Made by a program: the position numbers and the translations under genes. A model generated the notes under the pieces. The model saw nothing but the letters and a program-made list of their open reading frames with translations. It was not told where the DNA came from and ran no database searches. 64,000 bases of DNA from a virus. Below, piece after piece: positions 47,693 to 57,905 of the stretch (position 1 is the stretch's first letter; the number at the start of each line of letters is the position of its first letter). Where the stretch lies: positions 32,001 to 96,000 of the IMG/VR virus record IMGVR_UViG_3300032307_000723, one strand, 5' to 3'.

Positions 47693-48300
47693 ATGTCATA
47701 ATAAAATGAATCTGTATCTTCACTAACCCATCGGTCTGATTGGTTTTCAACTGATGGTAGGTCTGTATCAACTTTAAATTGTTTTAAGTTCTCAGGTAAT
47801 TTTTTTGTCACGAAATTACTATCTTTCCAAAAGATTCTGTTATTAGGTTGACATAATAAATAACCATCATCTGCTTGGAATATGTGACCACATTTATAAT
47901 CACTTGGTTCATCACTATAAGGATTATTAAACCAATCTATTGTGAACATATAAGTTGCCCACACTTTGGTTCCATCTCTTAATACAATTTCTGCTCTATG
48001 ATATGCTAAAAAATCATATTCAATTACAGTTGCGTTTTCTGAGAAACAATCCCAAAGTTGTTTATAATTGAACGGGATGTCATTAGTTGGTTCCTTTACG
48101 TATATTTCCGAGATTGGAACTCTACTTCGAACCATTCCATCGTCTGTCATTACATGGAATGTTAATATAACTCCGGCAACGGATTGAATACCAAAACAAT
48201 AAACATTCAAAAATGTGTCGTGGTCTTCATTATTTTTGGTTAGATGAGATTTTCTCACTAATCCTTTAAAGCTGGGTATGTTTAAATTTAATTTACTCAT
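47677..48300 (-). CDS. Hypothetical phage protein
   Basis: 207 aa ORF; QLWDCFS, YMFTIDW, HKC-like YKCGH, QPNNRIFW. Confidence 0.78.
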   Translation of the reverse strand: MSKLNLNIPSFKGLVRKSHLTKNNEDHDTFLNVYCFGIQSVAGVILTFHVMTDDGMVRSRVPISEIYVKEPTNDIPFNYKQLWDCFSENATVIEYDFLAYHRAEIVLRDGTKVWATYMFTIDWFNNPYSDEPSDYKCGHIFQADDGYLLCQPNNRIFWKDSNFVTKKLPENLKQFKVDTDLPSVENQSDRWVSEDTDSFYYDIKKED

Positions 48301-48354
48301 AATGGTAAATCTAATTCAATTTGTTATCTTTGTAAACTTAAGGTATTTATTATT

Positions 48355-48939
48355 ATGAAAGAATTGATTAGAAAAGTATTAATGGAAGAGGTTAGTCGAC
48401 GTTTCACTTCAGGAACTTCAGAAAAACGGAATTTTATTATTAAACGATTGGAAGAATTATTATCTGAAGCAACAAGAGTTATTCCACCACTTGAAGAGAA
48501 TTATGGGATACATAATGAGGAATGGTGTAAAAATGGTAAGGTTGTAATGGAGGCTCGTTATCATGTGGATGAGGATACTGATGAATTTTTCTCAGGTGAT
48601 TTGTTTATCGACCAAGATGTGATTGAGTTTTTATCCAAAATGTTGCAGGTTAGAAAACCCTTTATACTTAATGTTGTTACTGAATGGTATGATGAAAATT
48701 ACGCTAGTAAGTTTGGACCTGAAGTTAATCATCCGGAGTTTGAGATTTTTGAAACATTTGAAACAGATGCTAAACGTAAATGTTATCAGATGATTAATAT
48801 GGATGGCATTAGTAGAGACGAAATGGTTGATTATTTAGATAAGGAAACTGCTTATAGAAGAAAAGAATTAGAAGAATTACCTGATAATGAACTAAAAAGT
48901 AGATATAGAAGTGTTTATAACTCACGATTAAATAGATAA
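48355..48939 (+). CDS. LMEE-leader hypothetical protein
   Basis: MKELIRKVLMEE leader; TATTTAT 48344-48350. Confidence 0.75.
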   Translation: MKELIRKVLMEEVSRRFTSGTSEKRNFIIKRLEELLSEATRVIPPLEENYGIHNEEWCKNGKVVMEARYHVDEDTDEFFSGDLFIDQDVIEFLSKMLQVRKPFILNVVTEWYDENYASKFGPEVNHPEFEIFETFETDAKRKCYQMINMDGISRDEMVDYLDKETAYRRKELEELPDNELKSRYRSVYNSRLNR

Positions 48940-48952
48940 AAACAAACCCCAC

Positions 48953-49279
48953 CTAATTGGCGGGGTTTTCTTTATCATATACCCATTTCCTTTTCATTCC
49001 GGAGTTGTCGTATCGATAACAAATATTTTTATCTTCAAAAACAAAGTTGATATCCATCATCATTGTCTCATCATATAATCCGGAGAATTTTATTATAGTT
49101 CCAACTTCTTTTTTAACTTCAAGATATTTTTTCCATCGAATTTGTTTATTGACTAAAAATAGGTAAGTCCAAAATTTGTAGTCGGTGAAAGAACCGTCAA
49201 TACATCCCATTAATTTAATAATATCAGGGTGACTCCGGACAATAGCCTTATCAATTATTTTCATAATCTGTTTGTCCAT
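48953..49279 (-). CDS. Hypothetical protein
   Basis: 108 aa ORF. Confidence 0.6.
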   Translation of the reverse strand: MDKQIMKIIDKAIVRSHPDIIKLMGCIDGSFTDYKFWTYLFLVNKQIRWKKYLEVKKEVGTIIKFSGLYDETMMMDINFVFEDKNICYRYDNSGMKRKWVYDKENPAN

Positions 49280-49548
49280 TACGCCATATTTTTTAATACT
49301 GAGTTGATGATATCTATGGACTCCTTATCTTGTTTGGTCTTAACCTTTTTATTCTTCAAGAATTCCAGTGACTCCAATAATTCTTCTTTTTTAGTTACGG
49401 GTTTTTGTTGAGGTTTTGCGATAGAAACATTACCATATTCAAGGTTGGATTTAATTTCCGGTCTGAATATGGTTTCATAAAGTTTAATTGATTCATCTGT
49501 ATTCTTAACAATTAAACGAATAACTAAAAGTGTAAGTAATTTTCTCAT
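49279..49548 (-). CDS. Hypothetical protein
   Basis: 89 aa ORF; TACCTTTG box at 49553-49560 (minus). Confidence 0.65.
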   Translation of the reverse strand: MRKLLTLLVIRLIVKNTDESIKLYETIFRPEIKSNLEYGNVSIAKPQQKPVTKKEELLESLEFLKNKKVKTKQDKESIDIINSVLKNMA

Positions 49549-49611
49549 ACGACAAAGGTATGGAAATGTTTTATCTTATACAAAAAAAAACGAAGATAAA
49601 TTATCTTCGTT

Positions 49612-49902
49612 TTATATAATTTGATGTTTTTGCCAAAAGTCTTTAATATGTTCGTAAAAGTTATTACGAATGTATTGTTTTATTTGATTTCTAAATATGA
49701 TATAGTTATCACCATCAATATTAGATTCGTTAGCCATTTCTACTGCGACAGCATCCGAGATATGTAAGATTAGATGGTCTAAAGGTACAAAATATAAATC
49801 ATTTTGAAGTTTCGCCATCATAAGTTGATTGTCGACTCTTTTTTTCATATCTGACTCTCGTCTGAGTAATCTATATTGGTTTTCTGTTATAATGTATTTC
49901 AT
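49612..49902 (-). CDS. MKYIITE-family protein
   Basis: MKYIITENQYRLL. Confidence 0.8.
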   Translation of the reverse strand: MKYIITENQYRLLRRESDMKKRVDNQLMMAKLQNDLYFVPLDHLILHISDAVAVEMANESNIDGDNYIIFRNQIKQYIRNNFYEHIKDFWQKHQII

Positions 49903-49903
49903 A

Positions 49904-50275
49904 TTACCATTGAGGGTTTGTATTTAGATTAACTACTTCATATTTTATGTCAATCGGTAGTCCGGTTGATTTTCTAATGTTATATTGTAATTCATATATG
50001 AAGTCAGAGTAATCTTTATATCTCATAAAATTATACATGATGTTAATTTTAAGGATTATCTTTGGGTTATGTTCGGATGGTAATGTTTCGGCATCGGTTA
50101 CGGTTATGTATTCGATACTAAATATTGAATCACACATAATATAATCGTTTTCATCGTCATTACATATATCTTGAATTTCTTTGAACTCCCTATTGATTAG
50201 TTCTTGGAAGACTTGAAGTCGTTTGTTACCTTCAACAATGGTTTTATATTGTGATTCAGTTATAATGTATTTCAT
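49904..50275 (-). CDS. MKYIITE-family protein
   Basis: MKYIITESQYKTI. Confidence 0.8.
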   Translation of the reverse strand: MKYIITESQYKTIVEGNKRLQVFQELINREFKEIQDICNDDENDYIMCDSIFSIEYITVTDAETLPSEHNPKIILKINIMYNFMRYKDYSDFIYELQYNIRKSTGLPIDIKYEVVNLNTNPQW

Positions 50276-50276
50276 A

Positions 50277-50645
50277 TTAAATAAAATCGTCAGTTATTTG
50301 GTTTACAATTAATCCTGTATTCTCTTCAAACCATTTCTTAAACACGGGTTTCCAAATATCACCAAATAATGAGTTTAATTGTTGGCTAACCTTAGGATAA
50401 ATTGATAGTAAAGGGCATTTATAATTATAAAGATGACCATCTTCAGAGCCATTTATAATTTCATTATCTGCGTTACATCCATAATAAATGTAAGAATCAA
50501 CATCATTGATAAAAAAAACAAGGTCACCCCATCTATCAACATCTTCTTGATAACTATCGGTCCACCCATAATCCGGATAAAAGTTCTCATCCAAATAACT
50601 AATGATGGCGCTCTCTAATTTGCTTTCAGTGATAATGTATTTCAT
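50277..50645 (-). CDS. MKYIITE-family protein
   Basis: MKYIITESKLESAI; start moved to 50645. Confidence 0.8.
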   Translation of the reverse strand: MKYIITESKLESAIISYLDENFYPDYGWTDSYQEDVDRWGDLVFFINDVDSYIYYGCNADNEIINGSEDGHLYNYKCPLLSIYPKVSQQLNSLFGDIWKPVFKKWFEENTGLIVNQITDDFI

Positions 50646-50646
50646 C

Positions 50647-51036
50647 TTAGTCGTAGTATTCTTCATCTTCATCTTCATCTTCATCATCGTAGTAATAGGT
50701 ATCAGAATTTGATAACCATTCAAAATCGTGAATGTCTACGTTCAAATCATATTTTTGGTTAAACCAATTTATAATTGAGTTTATTGAGTCTTCACTACTC
50801 AACCCAAATAATTGAGCGATTTTTGTAACCAAATCATCTGAAATAGAAATGGATGGATAAGATTTATCAGGGTATGTTAATGAGTGTTGGATTTCATAAC
50901 GAATAACATCATTACCATGTTTCCCATCAGTAATATTAAATTCTCCGTCACCAATATCTGATGTGTCTAATCCTCGGTTATCCAAATATATGGAAACAAA
51001 GTTATTAATTTTTGATTCTTTTATGATGTATTTCAT
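50647..51036 (-). CDS. MKYIITE-family protein
   Basis: MKYIIKESKINNFV; acidic tail. Confidence 0.8.
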   Translation of the reverse strand: MKYIIKESKINNFVSIYLDNRGLDTSDIGDGEFNITDGKHGNDVIRYEIQHSLTYPDKSYPSISISDDLVTKIAQLFGLSSEDSINSIINWFNQKYDLNVDIHDFEWLSNSDTYYYDDEDEDEDEEYYD

Positions 51037-51058
51037 AATTTATAAATAGTTCATGGAT

Positions 51059-51430
51059 TTAATCTATGAAACCTAATGACCTATCATCAATAGTTTCATG
51101 AGTATAACTTTCATACCAATTAATTAATATGTTATGTGTCTCTCGATGGGTCAATCCAAATAATGACATAGTTTTAAGATAGAATGGTTTATTAACCATT
51201 AAAACTCTTTCAGTCGGACATTCTTCATCTTCTCCTTCATCTCCAATACAATCTTCATTTTCAAATGCTTCAAATATTGCATCTTCGGGAAATTGTGATT
51301 CACTTTTAAAGAATAATCGTGTCATATCGCCCCATTCAGGGTCAGTATAATCGGCAATCTCCCAATCAATATCACTAAGATATTTGAATATGATATTATT
51401 TAATCTACTTTCAGTTATAATGTATTTCAT
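51059..51430 (-). CDS. MKYIITE-family protein
   Basis: MKYIITESRLNNII. Confidence 0.8.
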   Translation of the reverse strand: MKYIITESRLNNIIFKYLSDIDWEIADYTDPEWGDMTRLFFKSESQFPEDAIFEAFENEDCIGDEGEDEECPTERVLMVNKPFYLKTMSLFGLTHRETHNILINWYESYTHETIDDRSLGFID

Positions 51431-51431
51431 A

Positions 51432-51755
51432 TTATTTACATCTTGTATTATAGTATTTCACTAAGTATTTTCCAAATTTATCAACGAAGTAATAGTAGAG
51501 TGTGTCTTTATCTTTTGGTGACATCGTTTTACCATATTCATTTGAGAAATAATCAGAAGAAAGTTCCACCAAATTATCACAAGCGTCAGATACAAAATCA
51601 CCAATACTATTATAATCACATATATTACTCATATCATCAAGAACTCCCCATTCCAAATCATTCATCATGTTTTCAAATGGAAGTCTTCTACGAAATTCAG
51701 ACGATAAATTTTCATTTAGTAATTTGTATTGTGATTCGGTTATAATATATCTCAT
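51432..51755 (-). CDS. MKYIITE-family protein
   Basis: MRYIITESQYKLL. Confidence 0.8.
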   Translation of the reverse strand: MRYIITESQYKLLNENLSSEFRRRLPFENMMNDLEWGVLDDMSNICDYNSIGDFVSDACDNLVELSSDYFSNEYGKTMSPKDKDTLYYYFVDKFGKYLVKYYNTRCK

Positions 51756-52069
51756 TATCTTCCATAAATTTTGTGAACCTCAATCCCATAATTGTCCAAA
51801 AACCACTTCTCCATTATTGTTTTGGACCTAATCCAACCTAAATCAAAAACATTTTCAAGGTGGTTTACAATATGTTCTTTAAGTCCCGGTATTTCAATAT
51901 ACAAATTACCTGAATCTGTGGCATAATAAAAAATTACCTTATTGTTTTCATTAACAAAATGTTTTAGATAAAGTCTTGGTTCATCAATTTCTTTCAATCC
52001 ACCAAAAAAACCTCCAATATATTTGGAAATGAACTTATCTAATTGGTTTTCGGTTATAATATATTTCAT
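51755..52069 (-). CDS. MKYIITE-family protein
   Basis: MKYIITENQLDKFI; start moved to 52069. Confidence 0.8.
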   Translation of the reverse strand: MKYIITENQLDKFISKYIGGFFGGLKEIDEPRLYLKHFVNENNKVIFYYATDSGNLYIEIPGLKEHIVNHLENVFDLGWIRSKTIMEKWFLDNYGIEVHKIYGR

Positions 52070-52070
52070 C

Positions 52071-52442
52071 TTAGCTAACTGTTTTAACCGGTAAATCAAA
52101 ATTTTTCATAAACCAATTTTTAAATGGTTCGTGCCACATATCACCAAAATAACCGTTTAATTTTCTCTCATATTCATACTGAACACCAACCATTGGACAG
52201 ATAGTTCTAGCAAAACTTCCTGGGTTAAAGTAATCACATTCGTGCCAATAAAAACATCCTTCATCTTCCCCCTCGTAATCACCTATGTAAAACACAACCC
52301 GATTAACATCATCCCATTCTTCACCTGTCTCTAAATCATAATCTAAAGGGTGTGTCCAATTAATATCATCGATGTTGAAAAGTTCATCTAAGTAATTGGT
52401 TATTGTTTCGTCCAATTTACTTTCGGTTATAATGTATTTCAT
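52071..52442 (-). CDS. MKYIITE-family protein
   Basis: MKYIITESKLDETI. Confidence 0.8.
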   Translation of the reverse strand: MKYIITESKLDETITNYLDELFNIDDINWTHPLDYDLETGEEWDDVNRVVFYIGDYEGEDEGCFYWHECDYFNPGSFARTICPMVGVQYEYERKLNGYFGDMWHEPFKNWFMKNFDLPVKTVS

Positions 52443-52513
52443 AATTTATAAATAGTTGACGAAATAAAAAAGGGGTTGGGGATTTAACGCCAGCCACCAC
52501 ACAACAGATTATG

Positions 52514-53236
52514 TTATTGAATTAATTTCCATTCATTATCGTGGGTAAGAACAAGAGCGGAGAAGTTTTCCACCCAATCACCTGAATTATAATATTTGAT
52601 TCCGTTAATTTCTTTAATAGCGGGGATATGAATATGACCACAAATAACTCCATTACAATTAAGGGTTTTGGCGTAATCACAGGCATTAATCTCAAAGTCA
52701 TTAATGAATGACAATGCTTTCTTAAAGTTTTCTTTAATTACTTTAGAGATACTATAATATGGTTTACCGGTGAATTCTCTATACTTGTTGTACCAAGTAT
52801 TAATTCTAAGTGCGAGGTCATACCCAATGGAACCAATCTGAGTAAGTAATTTATATTTGGTTGTGATATCAATCTTATCACCATGAAACACAAGGTATTT
52901 TTTATCATCAACATTAAGGATATACTCATCCATGAACTTAATGTTTCCAAGTCCGGATGAATATAAATCTTTCACATCATTATCGTGGTTCCCTCTGATA
53001 TAAATAATCTCGGTGTTACGGGACATATCCAATAGTTTAATCACCACTTTCATATGTTTATTCTTCCACTTGCTCCCACGATTAAGGGCATCAATATCAA
53101 CAATGTCTCCGTTAAGGATAAGGACATCCGTTTTAATAGATTCGAGGAATTCAAGAATACGTTTTGGTTTACTATCCGTCATACCCAAATGTAGGTCGGA
53201 CAATACAACACACTTATACCCAATAGTTGTGGTCAT
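52514..53236 (-). CDS. Calcineurin-like metallophosphoesterase (UDP-2,3-diacylglucosamine hydrolase-like)
   Basis: SDLHLG, LNGDIVD, GNHD, FHGD, CGHIH, NSGDWVE. Confidence 0.88.
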   Translation of the reverse strand: MTTTIGYKCVVLSDLHLGMTDSKPKRILEFLESIKTDVLILNGDIVDIDALNRGSKWKNKHMKVVIKLLDMSRNTEIIYIRGNHDNDVKDLYSSGLGNIKFMDEYILNVDDKKYLVFHGDKIDITTKYKLLTQIGSIGYDLALRINTWYNKYREFTGKPYYSISKVIKENFKKALSFINDFEINACDYAKTLNCNGVICGHIHIPAIKEINGIKYYNSGDWVENFSALVLTHDNEWKLIQ

Positions 53237-53912
53237 CTTTAAAGAACTCAGGATTATATTTATTTTTTTCAGAAAGATACGCCATCTTAATCATATACCA
53301 TAAACCTTTTTTTCTAAAACGTCTATCAGTTGTGAACACTATATCATCTGACACATGAAATTTATGAGAAAATACTTTCATACTAAGATGAAAGTCCTCG
53401 GCAAATTTATCTTCATTATCAAATCCGCCAAGTCTTTTAAACTCAGAGGTTTTAAATAACATAAATCCACCAATTGCGCATGGGGTACTTTTCATAAATT
53501 TATTTCTATAGAACTCAAAGATGGGGAATACAAATGAATAAAACCCTTCAACTCTGAATTTGGTTGTAAGAAGAGTTAGTTGTCTATTCTTCATTTCTTT
53601 AATTGAGTTTGATATTGTGAATGGGTTTTGTAAGAAGATGTCGGCATCCAAGAATAATACATATGGGGTCTTAACCAATTCAGCTCCGTTGTTTCTTGCA
53701 ACACTCGGTAAACCACCGTCGATAATTTTAATTCTTAATTTTGTGTATTTTCCTGATTTAATGACCTCACGGGTATTATCATCAGAACAATCGGCAATAA
53801 TTACTTGAGTGCCATAGATACTATATTGTTTATTAAGTAAGGTAAGTGTTTTGTCTATAATCTCGCTCTCATTCTTAGAGGGGATTACAATAGTTAGTTT
53901 GTGTTTAATCAT
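53214..53912 (-). CDS. Glycosyltransferase family 2
   Basis: TIVIPSKNE, IIAD, ARNNGA, LFLDAD, EDFHL; ATG at 53912. Confidence 0.88.
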   Translation of the reverse strand: MIKHKLTIVIPSKNESEIIDKTLTLLNKQYSIYGTQVIIADCSDDNTREVIKSGKYTKLRIKIIDGGLPSVARNNGAELVKTPYVLFLDADIFLQNPFTISNSIKEMKNRQLTLLTTKFRVEGFYSFVFPIFEFYRNKFMKSTPCAIGGFMLFKTSEFKRLGGFDNEDKFAEDFHLSMKVFSHKFHVSDDIVFTTDRRFRKKGLWYMIKMAYLSEKNKYNPEFFKDDHNYWV

Positions 53913-54076
53913 AGATACAAATATAGTGATAAATACCTTAATAATCAAATACATGGAAAAAGGGATTTATATTACCAAAATATGTAATAATCTTCATTAT
54001 TACCGAAATGTGTAATATCGGTCCTGAGCCTCATTAGAAAGGTGGGGTTTTTTATTCTACAGAGTATTTATTAGTA

Positions 54077-55066
54077 ATGAAAAAATTATCAACAATAGCG
54101 GAACAATCCAACGAGCCAGCACTAAGAATAATCACCAAATTATTCAAGGTGTTAGATGAGGAAAAGAAAAAGAATAGAACAAGAGCGTCTTTATTAGAGG
54201 TTATTAAACGTATGTCTCCATATTTTGGAATACCTAAAGGGTTTGAACAATATGTTTTGGAGTTATATATGTTAAATTACAGAAAAGATGGTGACTATTC
54301 AAATCTAACAAAGGAGAACTTTGTTGACCCAAGAAAACAAAGTGGGAAGGTTGTGTCAAATCCAAAGGCACAATTATACACAATTGCTCAATTACCATTT
54401 AGGGGTTCAAATATGGAAGGATATTGGACTGAAGACCCAAAAGGTGTTCCATACTATAAAGTTACATCATACGGATGGTACCCGATTTACATATTCAAAG
54501 ATGATAAGTGGTATGAGGTAACACAAAACTATTCTTCATCCACGGCTAGACAAAAGAGTAACGCCAATCCTGTACTATGGAGTGATGAATTATATGATAG
54601 TGTATACACATTAACTGCTGAGGAAATGAAATTATTAGAGAGGGGTTATAGTCACGAGGATGTAATGAAGAATAAGGTACAGAAATTAAAAAGTCTCCAA
54701 CCTGAATTATCAAAGAGAAAGAAAACGGCAAAGACATATGGTTATAGGGGATTAAATCCGGACAACTATGTACCAAATACAAATATAAAGTTCCAAGTTA
54801 AGAACATAGATGTGGAAGATGACAAAGCCATCGTGGATATAGATATTTATGATGTTGTCAACAGAGAAGGTGGAAGACAAGTGGATACACCACAAAACTA
54901 TTTAAAGGGTGAAATTCCTGACCTTACTCCGGCCAAGGTGGAAGATGCCATCAGAATCAAAATGAGGGGAGAATTAAGAGACTATATCGGTAGGAGATTT
55001 AGATGGGTTGCTGAAGACCCAAAAGGGGCAAAAATAGAGTTTAGGTTTAATCATTTAAAACAATAA
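54077..55066 (+). CDS. Hypothetical protein (IAE leader)
   Basis: 329 aa; TATTTAT 54065-54071. Confidence 0.75.
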   Translation: MKKLSTIAEQSNEPALRIITKLFKVLDEEKKKNRTRASLLEVIKRMSPYFGIPKGFEQYVLELYMLNYRKDGDYSNLTKENFVDPRKQSGKVVSNPKAQLYTIAQLPFRGSNMEGYWTEDPKGVPYYKVTSYGWYPIYIFKDDKWYEVTQNYSSSTARQKSNANPVLWSDELYDSVYTLTAEEMKLLERGYSHEDVMKNKVQKLKSLQPELSKRKKTAKTYGYRGLNPDNYVPNTNIKFQVKNIDVEDDKAIVDIDIYDVVNREGGRQVDTPQNYLKGEIPDLTPAKVEDAIRIKMRGELRDYIGRRFRWVAEDPKGAKIEFRFNHLKQ

Positions 55067-55068
55067 GT

Positions 55069-56025
55069 ATGAATTTACAAGAGAACATACAGAGAATAAA
55101 ACAGGTGATGGGACTTCTTACAGAAGAAGAAAATCAACCTGCAACAAAAGGAGTTAATCACGGAGTTGTAATTAAGCAGCCATATCAACAAGGTCAAGAA
55201 GGAGAACAATTAAATAGTTTTATAATCGGGGTTACTCATTTTGATGAAAAAAACCCTGTATACTTAGAACTTGATGATATTGACCCTTCAATTATTAATG
55301 ATATAAAACAAGTTGCAACAAACTGTGGGTATTATTATGAGGGTGTGGGTGGAGACGACCTAAAGAACATCGAAAGATTCTTCAAAGAAGAATTAGGGTT
55401 AAATGTTACCGAAAAGATGAGAAAAGGAAGTTACGAACCAAAGATAGATAATGAGCAACCCGACAAAAAGTATTTCATGTATACTTTTTTTTCTAATGGG
55501 AATGCTGTGGATGAGAAAACTAAAGCACAATTAGACGGAATCAACCAAGATAAAATTTTATTAGACCAACTTTCCATATTAAAAAATAGCGGTCAAAAAA
55601 TAAATTCAATTTATGACTTAATTAAGTTTGGTGATGGGTCAAAGTTATTTTGGGATGGTAGTTTATCTTTTAATGATGAGGATAAAGACTGGTTTATTAA
55701 ACAAATACAAGGAACTCCTAACACACAAAATGTAATGGAGTTACTAAAAAGTGCACCAACACCTGAAAATATTAGAAAATTTATTCAGAGTGGGTTTGAT
55801 GTTATGTGGGGGAATTTTGATTCAAAAACGGATAATTTTGGGTACGAACAAGATATAAATAAAACTAAGAATTTATTGACCAAGATGGCAGAAATTGCCA
55901 CACAAAAAAGAAGAGAATACATTAAAAACAATCTTGTTTGTGGGATTTATTTTATAGGTGAAGGACACATAAAATCTTGGCAAGAACAATTTGTGGGTAC
56001 ACAAGTATTTAAAAAAACAAAATAA
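55069..56025 (+). CDS. MNLQENI-leader protein
   Basis: MNLQENIQRIKQVMGLLTEEE then unrelated globular region (IIGVTH..YYYEG). Confidence 0.78.
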   Translation: MNLQENIQRIKQVMGLLTEEENQPATKGVNHGVVIKQPYQQGQEGEQLNSFIIGVTHFDEKNPVYLELDDIDPSIINDIKQVATNCGYYYEGVGGDDLKNIERFFKEELGLNVTEKMRKGSYEPKIDNEQPDKKYFMYTFFSNGNAVDEKTKAQLDGINQDKILLDQLSILKNSGQKINSIYDLIKFGDGSKLFWDGSLSFNDEDKDWFIKQIQGTPNTQNVMELLKSAPTPENIRKFIQSGFDVMWGNFDSKTDNFGYEQDINKTKNLLTKMAEIATQKRREYIKNNLVCGIYFIGEGHIKSWQEQFVGTQVFKKTK

Positions 56026-56684
56026 TGAACTTAAACGAGAATATACAGAGAATCAAAGAAATGATGGGACTTGTTACCGAAGAAGAACAAAAGTCTTATG
56101 AAAGTAAACCTATTGTATTAATAGGTCCACAAGGAACGGGAAAATCAACCACAGCAGAGGCACTTGCTAAAAAACTTGGTATACCATTAATCACAACGGA
56201 TATGTTAATGATTGATGAAAAATACGAGGAAATGTGTAAAAATGAACCGGAAGTTGAGGTTGAGATTACACGAGTTAAAGGTGGGGGAATAAATTATTCA
56301 TCAAACAAAGAATACGAGTTTTGTGTAATGAATAAGATATTTGATAATTATGATAATCAAAAAATAGTCCTTGATGTGGGAGGTTCACATGCAAAGTGGG
56401 ATGACAAACATTCCGAAAGAATGCAAGAATTATTTAATTCAACACCAAATATTTTTATATTCAATGTTAGTGATGATGAAGATGAAACTTACGAATTCTT
56501 GAAAAAAAGAAGAGAAGGTAGAGGAGAACCAATATCACCTGAAAATGAAGTTAAGTTCAGAAATATTATAAGTGATTTAAATAATTTTTATAGAGGTACA
56601 CAAAAAATATCAATTATTGACAAAGATAAGAAATCAAAAACAACCGATGAGTTGGTTGATGAAATAATTACAAAATTAACATAG
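56025..56684 (+). CDS. MNLQENI-leader protein with P-loop NMP/shikimate-kinase-like domain
   Basis: MNLNENIQRIKEMMGLVTEEE; IVLIGPQGTGKST, LAKKLG.P.ITTD. Confidence 0.8.
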   Translation: MNLNENIQRIKEMMGLVTEEEQKSYESKPIVLIGPQGTGKSTTAEALAKKLGIPLITTDMLMIDEKYEEMCKNEPEVEVEITRVKGGGINYSSNKEYEFCVMNKIFDNYDNQKIVLDVGGSHAKWDDKHSERMQELFNSTPNIFIFNVSDDEDETYEFLKKRREGRGEPISPENEVKFRNIISDLNNFYRGTQKISIIDKDKKSKTTDELVDEIITKLT

Positions 56685-57103
56685 TGAAATTATACGAAGA
56701 CATACATAAGATACAATCAATGATGGGGGTTATAACTGAAGACAATAAGAATAATGTTATACGAAAAATGGTTGATTCTCTTGGATTAAAAACTACCATC
56801 CAAATGGTGGGGGATTATTATGCAATTGAACCATATTTAACGGATGTTGATAAAGTTAACTACATTAAAGATAGAGTTTCAGAATTAGGTAGAGGTGGTA
56901 TTAGTTTCCATGATATGGATGAAGACTCAATTCTTGTTTATAAAAATGGTAATGAAGTAAAACAAATTGAATTCTTAGGTAAAGATAGAGCATATATTAA
57001 CTCTTACTATCGTAACGCACTTGTGGGTGATGAAAGAGTTCCATATGAAGATTTACCGGGACAAATAATTGATGAGTTAACTGAGATATTAATCAATAAG
57101 TAA
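56684..57103 (+). CDS. MNLQENI-leader protein, paralog group A
   Basis: GTG start; ITEDNK..IRKMVDSLG..MVGDY. Confidence 0.75.
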   Translation: MKLYEDIHKIQSMMGVITEDNKNNVIRKMVDSLGLKTTIQMVGDYYAIEPYLTDVDKVNYIKDRVSELGRGGISFHDMDEDSILVYKNGNEVKQIEFLGKDRAYINSYYRNALVGDERVPYEDLPGQIIDELTEILINK

Positions 57104-57106
57104 GAG

Positions 57107-57469
57107 ATGAATCTACAGGAGAACATAGAAAGAATTAGAGAAATGATGGGAATGGATAATCCTCGTCATACTTTCAATATACAGAAACTTGTTGACGATA
57201 ATATTATTTTTGTTACAATGCCAGGTGATGGTCAGGGTGGTATTGCCGAACCAAATTGGGAAGGTGATTGTAGTGTACTTACATTAGACAACTTAACTGG
57301 CGAAGAAATTGAATTAAATCCGTGGAGATTGGAAGCAATCAAACAACCTTTACCCGATTGTATTCCATATGTACAAGATAGACAAAATGATTGGAGTGAT
57401 GAGAAATATTATCAAGTAATCAACTCTATAGAAAAAAATGGAGGGGATGTCAATAATTACATAATATGA
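57107..57469 (+). CDS. MNLQENI-leader protein
   Basis: MNLQENIERIREMMG. Confidence 0.75.
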   Translation: MNLQENIERIREMMGMDNPRHTFNIQKLVDDNIIFVTMPGDGQGGIAEPNWEGDCSVLTLDNLTGEEIELNPWRLEAIKQPLPDCIPYVQDRQNDWSDEKYYQVINSIEKNGGDVNNYII

Positions 57470-57903
57470 ATTTACAAGAGAACATAGAAAGAATACACGA
57501 GATAATGGGCGGGGTTATAACTGAAGACAAAATGGATAAGGTTATAAAGAACATGATTGATAGTGTAGGGATAGAAAGTACATTTAAAATGGTGGGTGAC
57601 TACGATGTGGTGGAGAAATATTTTACAGATGAAGATAAGATTAATTATATTAAAGACCAATTTCATAAAATAAATGATGGTAATTTTTTTAGTCTTGAAC
57701 AAATATGGCAAAAACCAATTCAACTTGAAATACAAGAAGACGGGGTAAAGAGAGTTCAAATAGAGGGATTAAGTGAAAACCATGTGTCCGTTGTCAAATA
57801 TAAGTTTAATGGTTCACCTATGAAGTATTATTCAAAATATGAAGTATTATCTTCGGAGACAATAGATAAATTATTTAGAATGATGTTAGGTCAATACATT
57901 TAG
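57466..57903 (+). CDS. MNLQENI-leader protein, paralog group A
   Basis: MNLQENIERIHEIMG; ITEDK..IKNMIDSVG..MVGDY. Confidence 0.78.
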   Translation: MNLQENIERIHEIMGGVITEDKMDKVIKNMIDSVGIESTFKMVGDYDVVEKYFTDEDKINYIKDQFHKINDGNFFSLEQIWQKPIQLEIQEDGVKRVQIEGLSENHVSVVKYKFNGSPMKYYSKYEVLSSETIDKLFRMMLGQYI

Positions 57904-57905
57904 AT

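Larger units (their letters stand above)
49883..52442 (-). repeat. Eight near-identical 20-bp gene-start repeats (consensus ATGAAATACATTATAACNGA)
   Basis: Plus-strand copies TC(A/T/G)GTTATAATGTATTTCAT ending at 49902, 50275, 50645, 51036, 51430, 51755, 52069, 52442; another at 59918-59937. Confidence 0.85.

Noticed and set aside
50655-50690. (TCATCT)n short tandem repeat
   Set aside because: Simply encodes the acidic EDEDED tail of 50647-51036
49883-52442. Regular 20-bp repeats suggesting a CRISPR array
   Set aside because: Spacing is 300-400 bp, repeats are gene starts in frame, no cas genes; no CRISPR array found anywhere in the window
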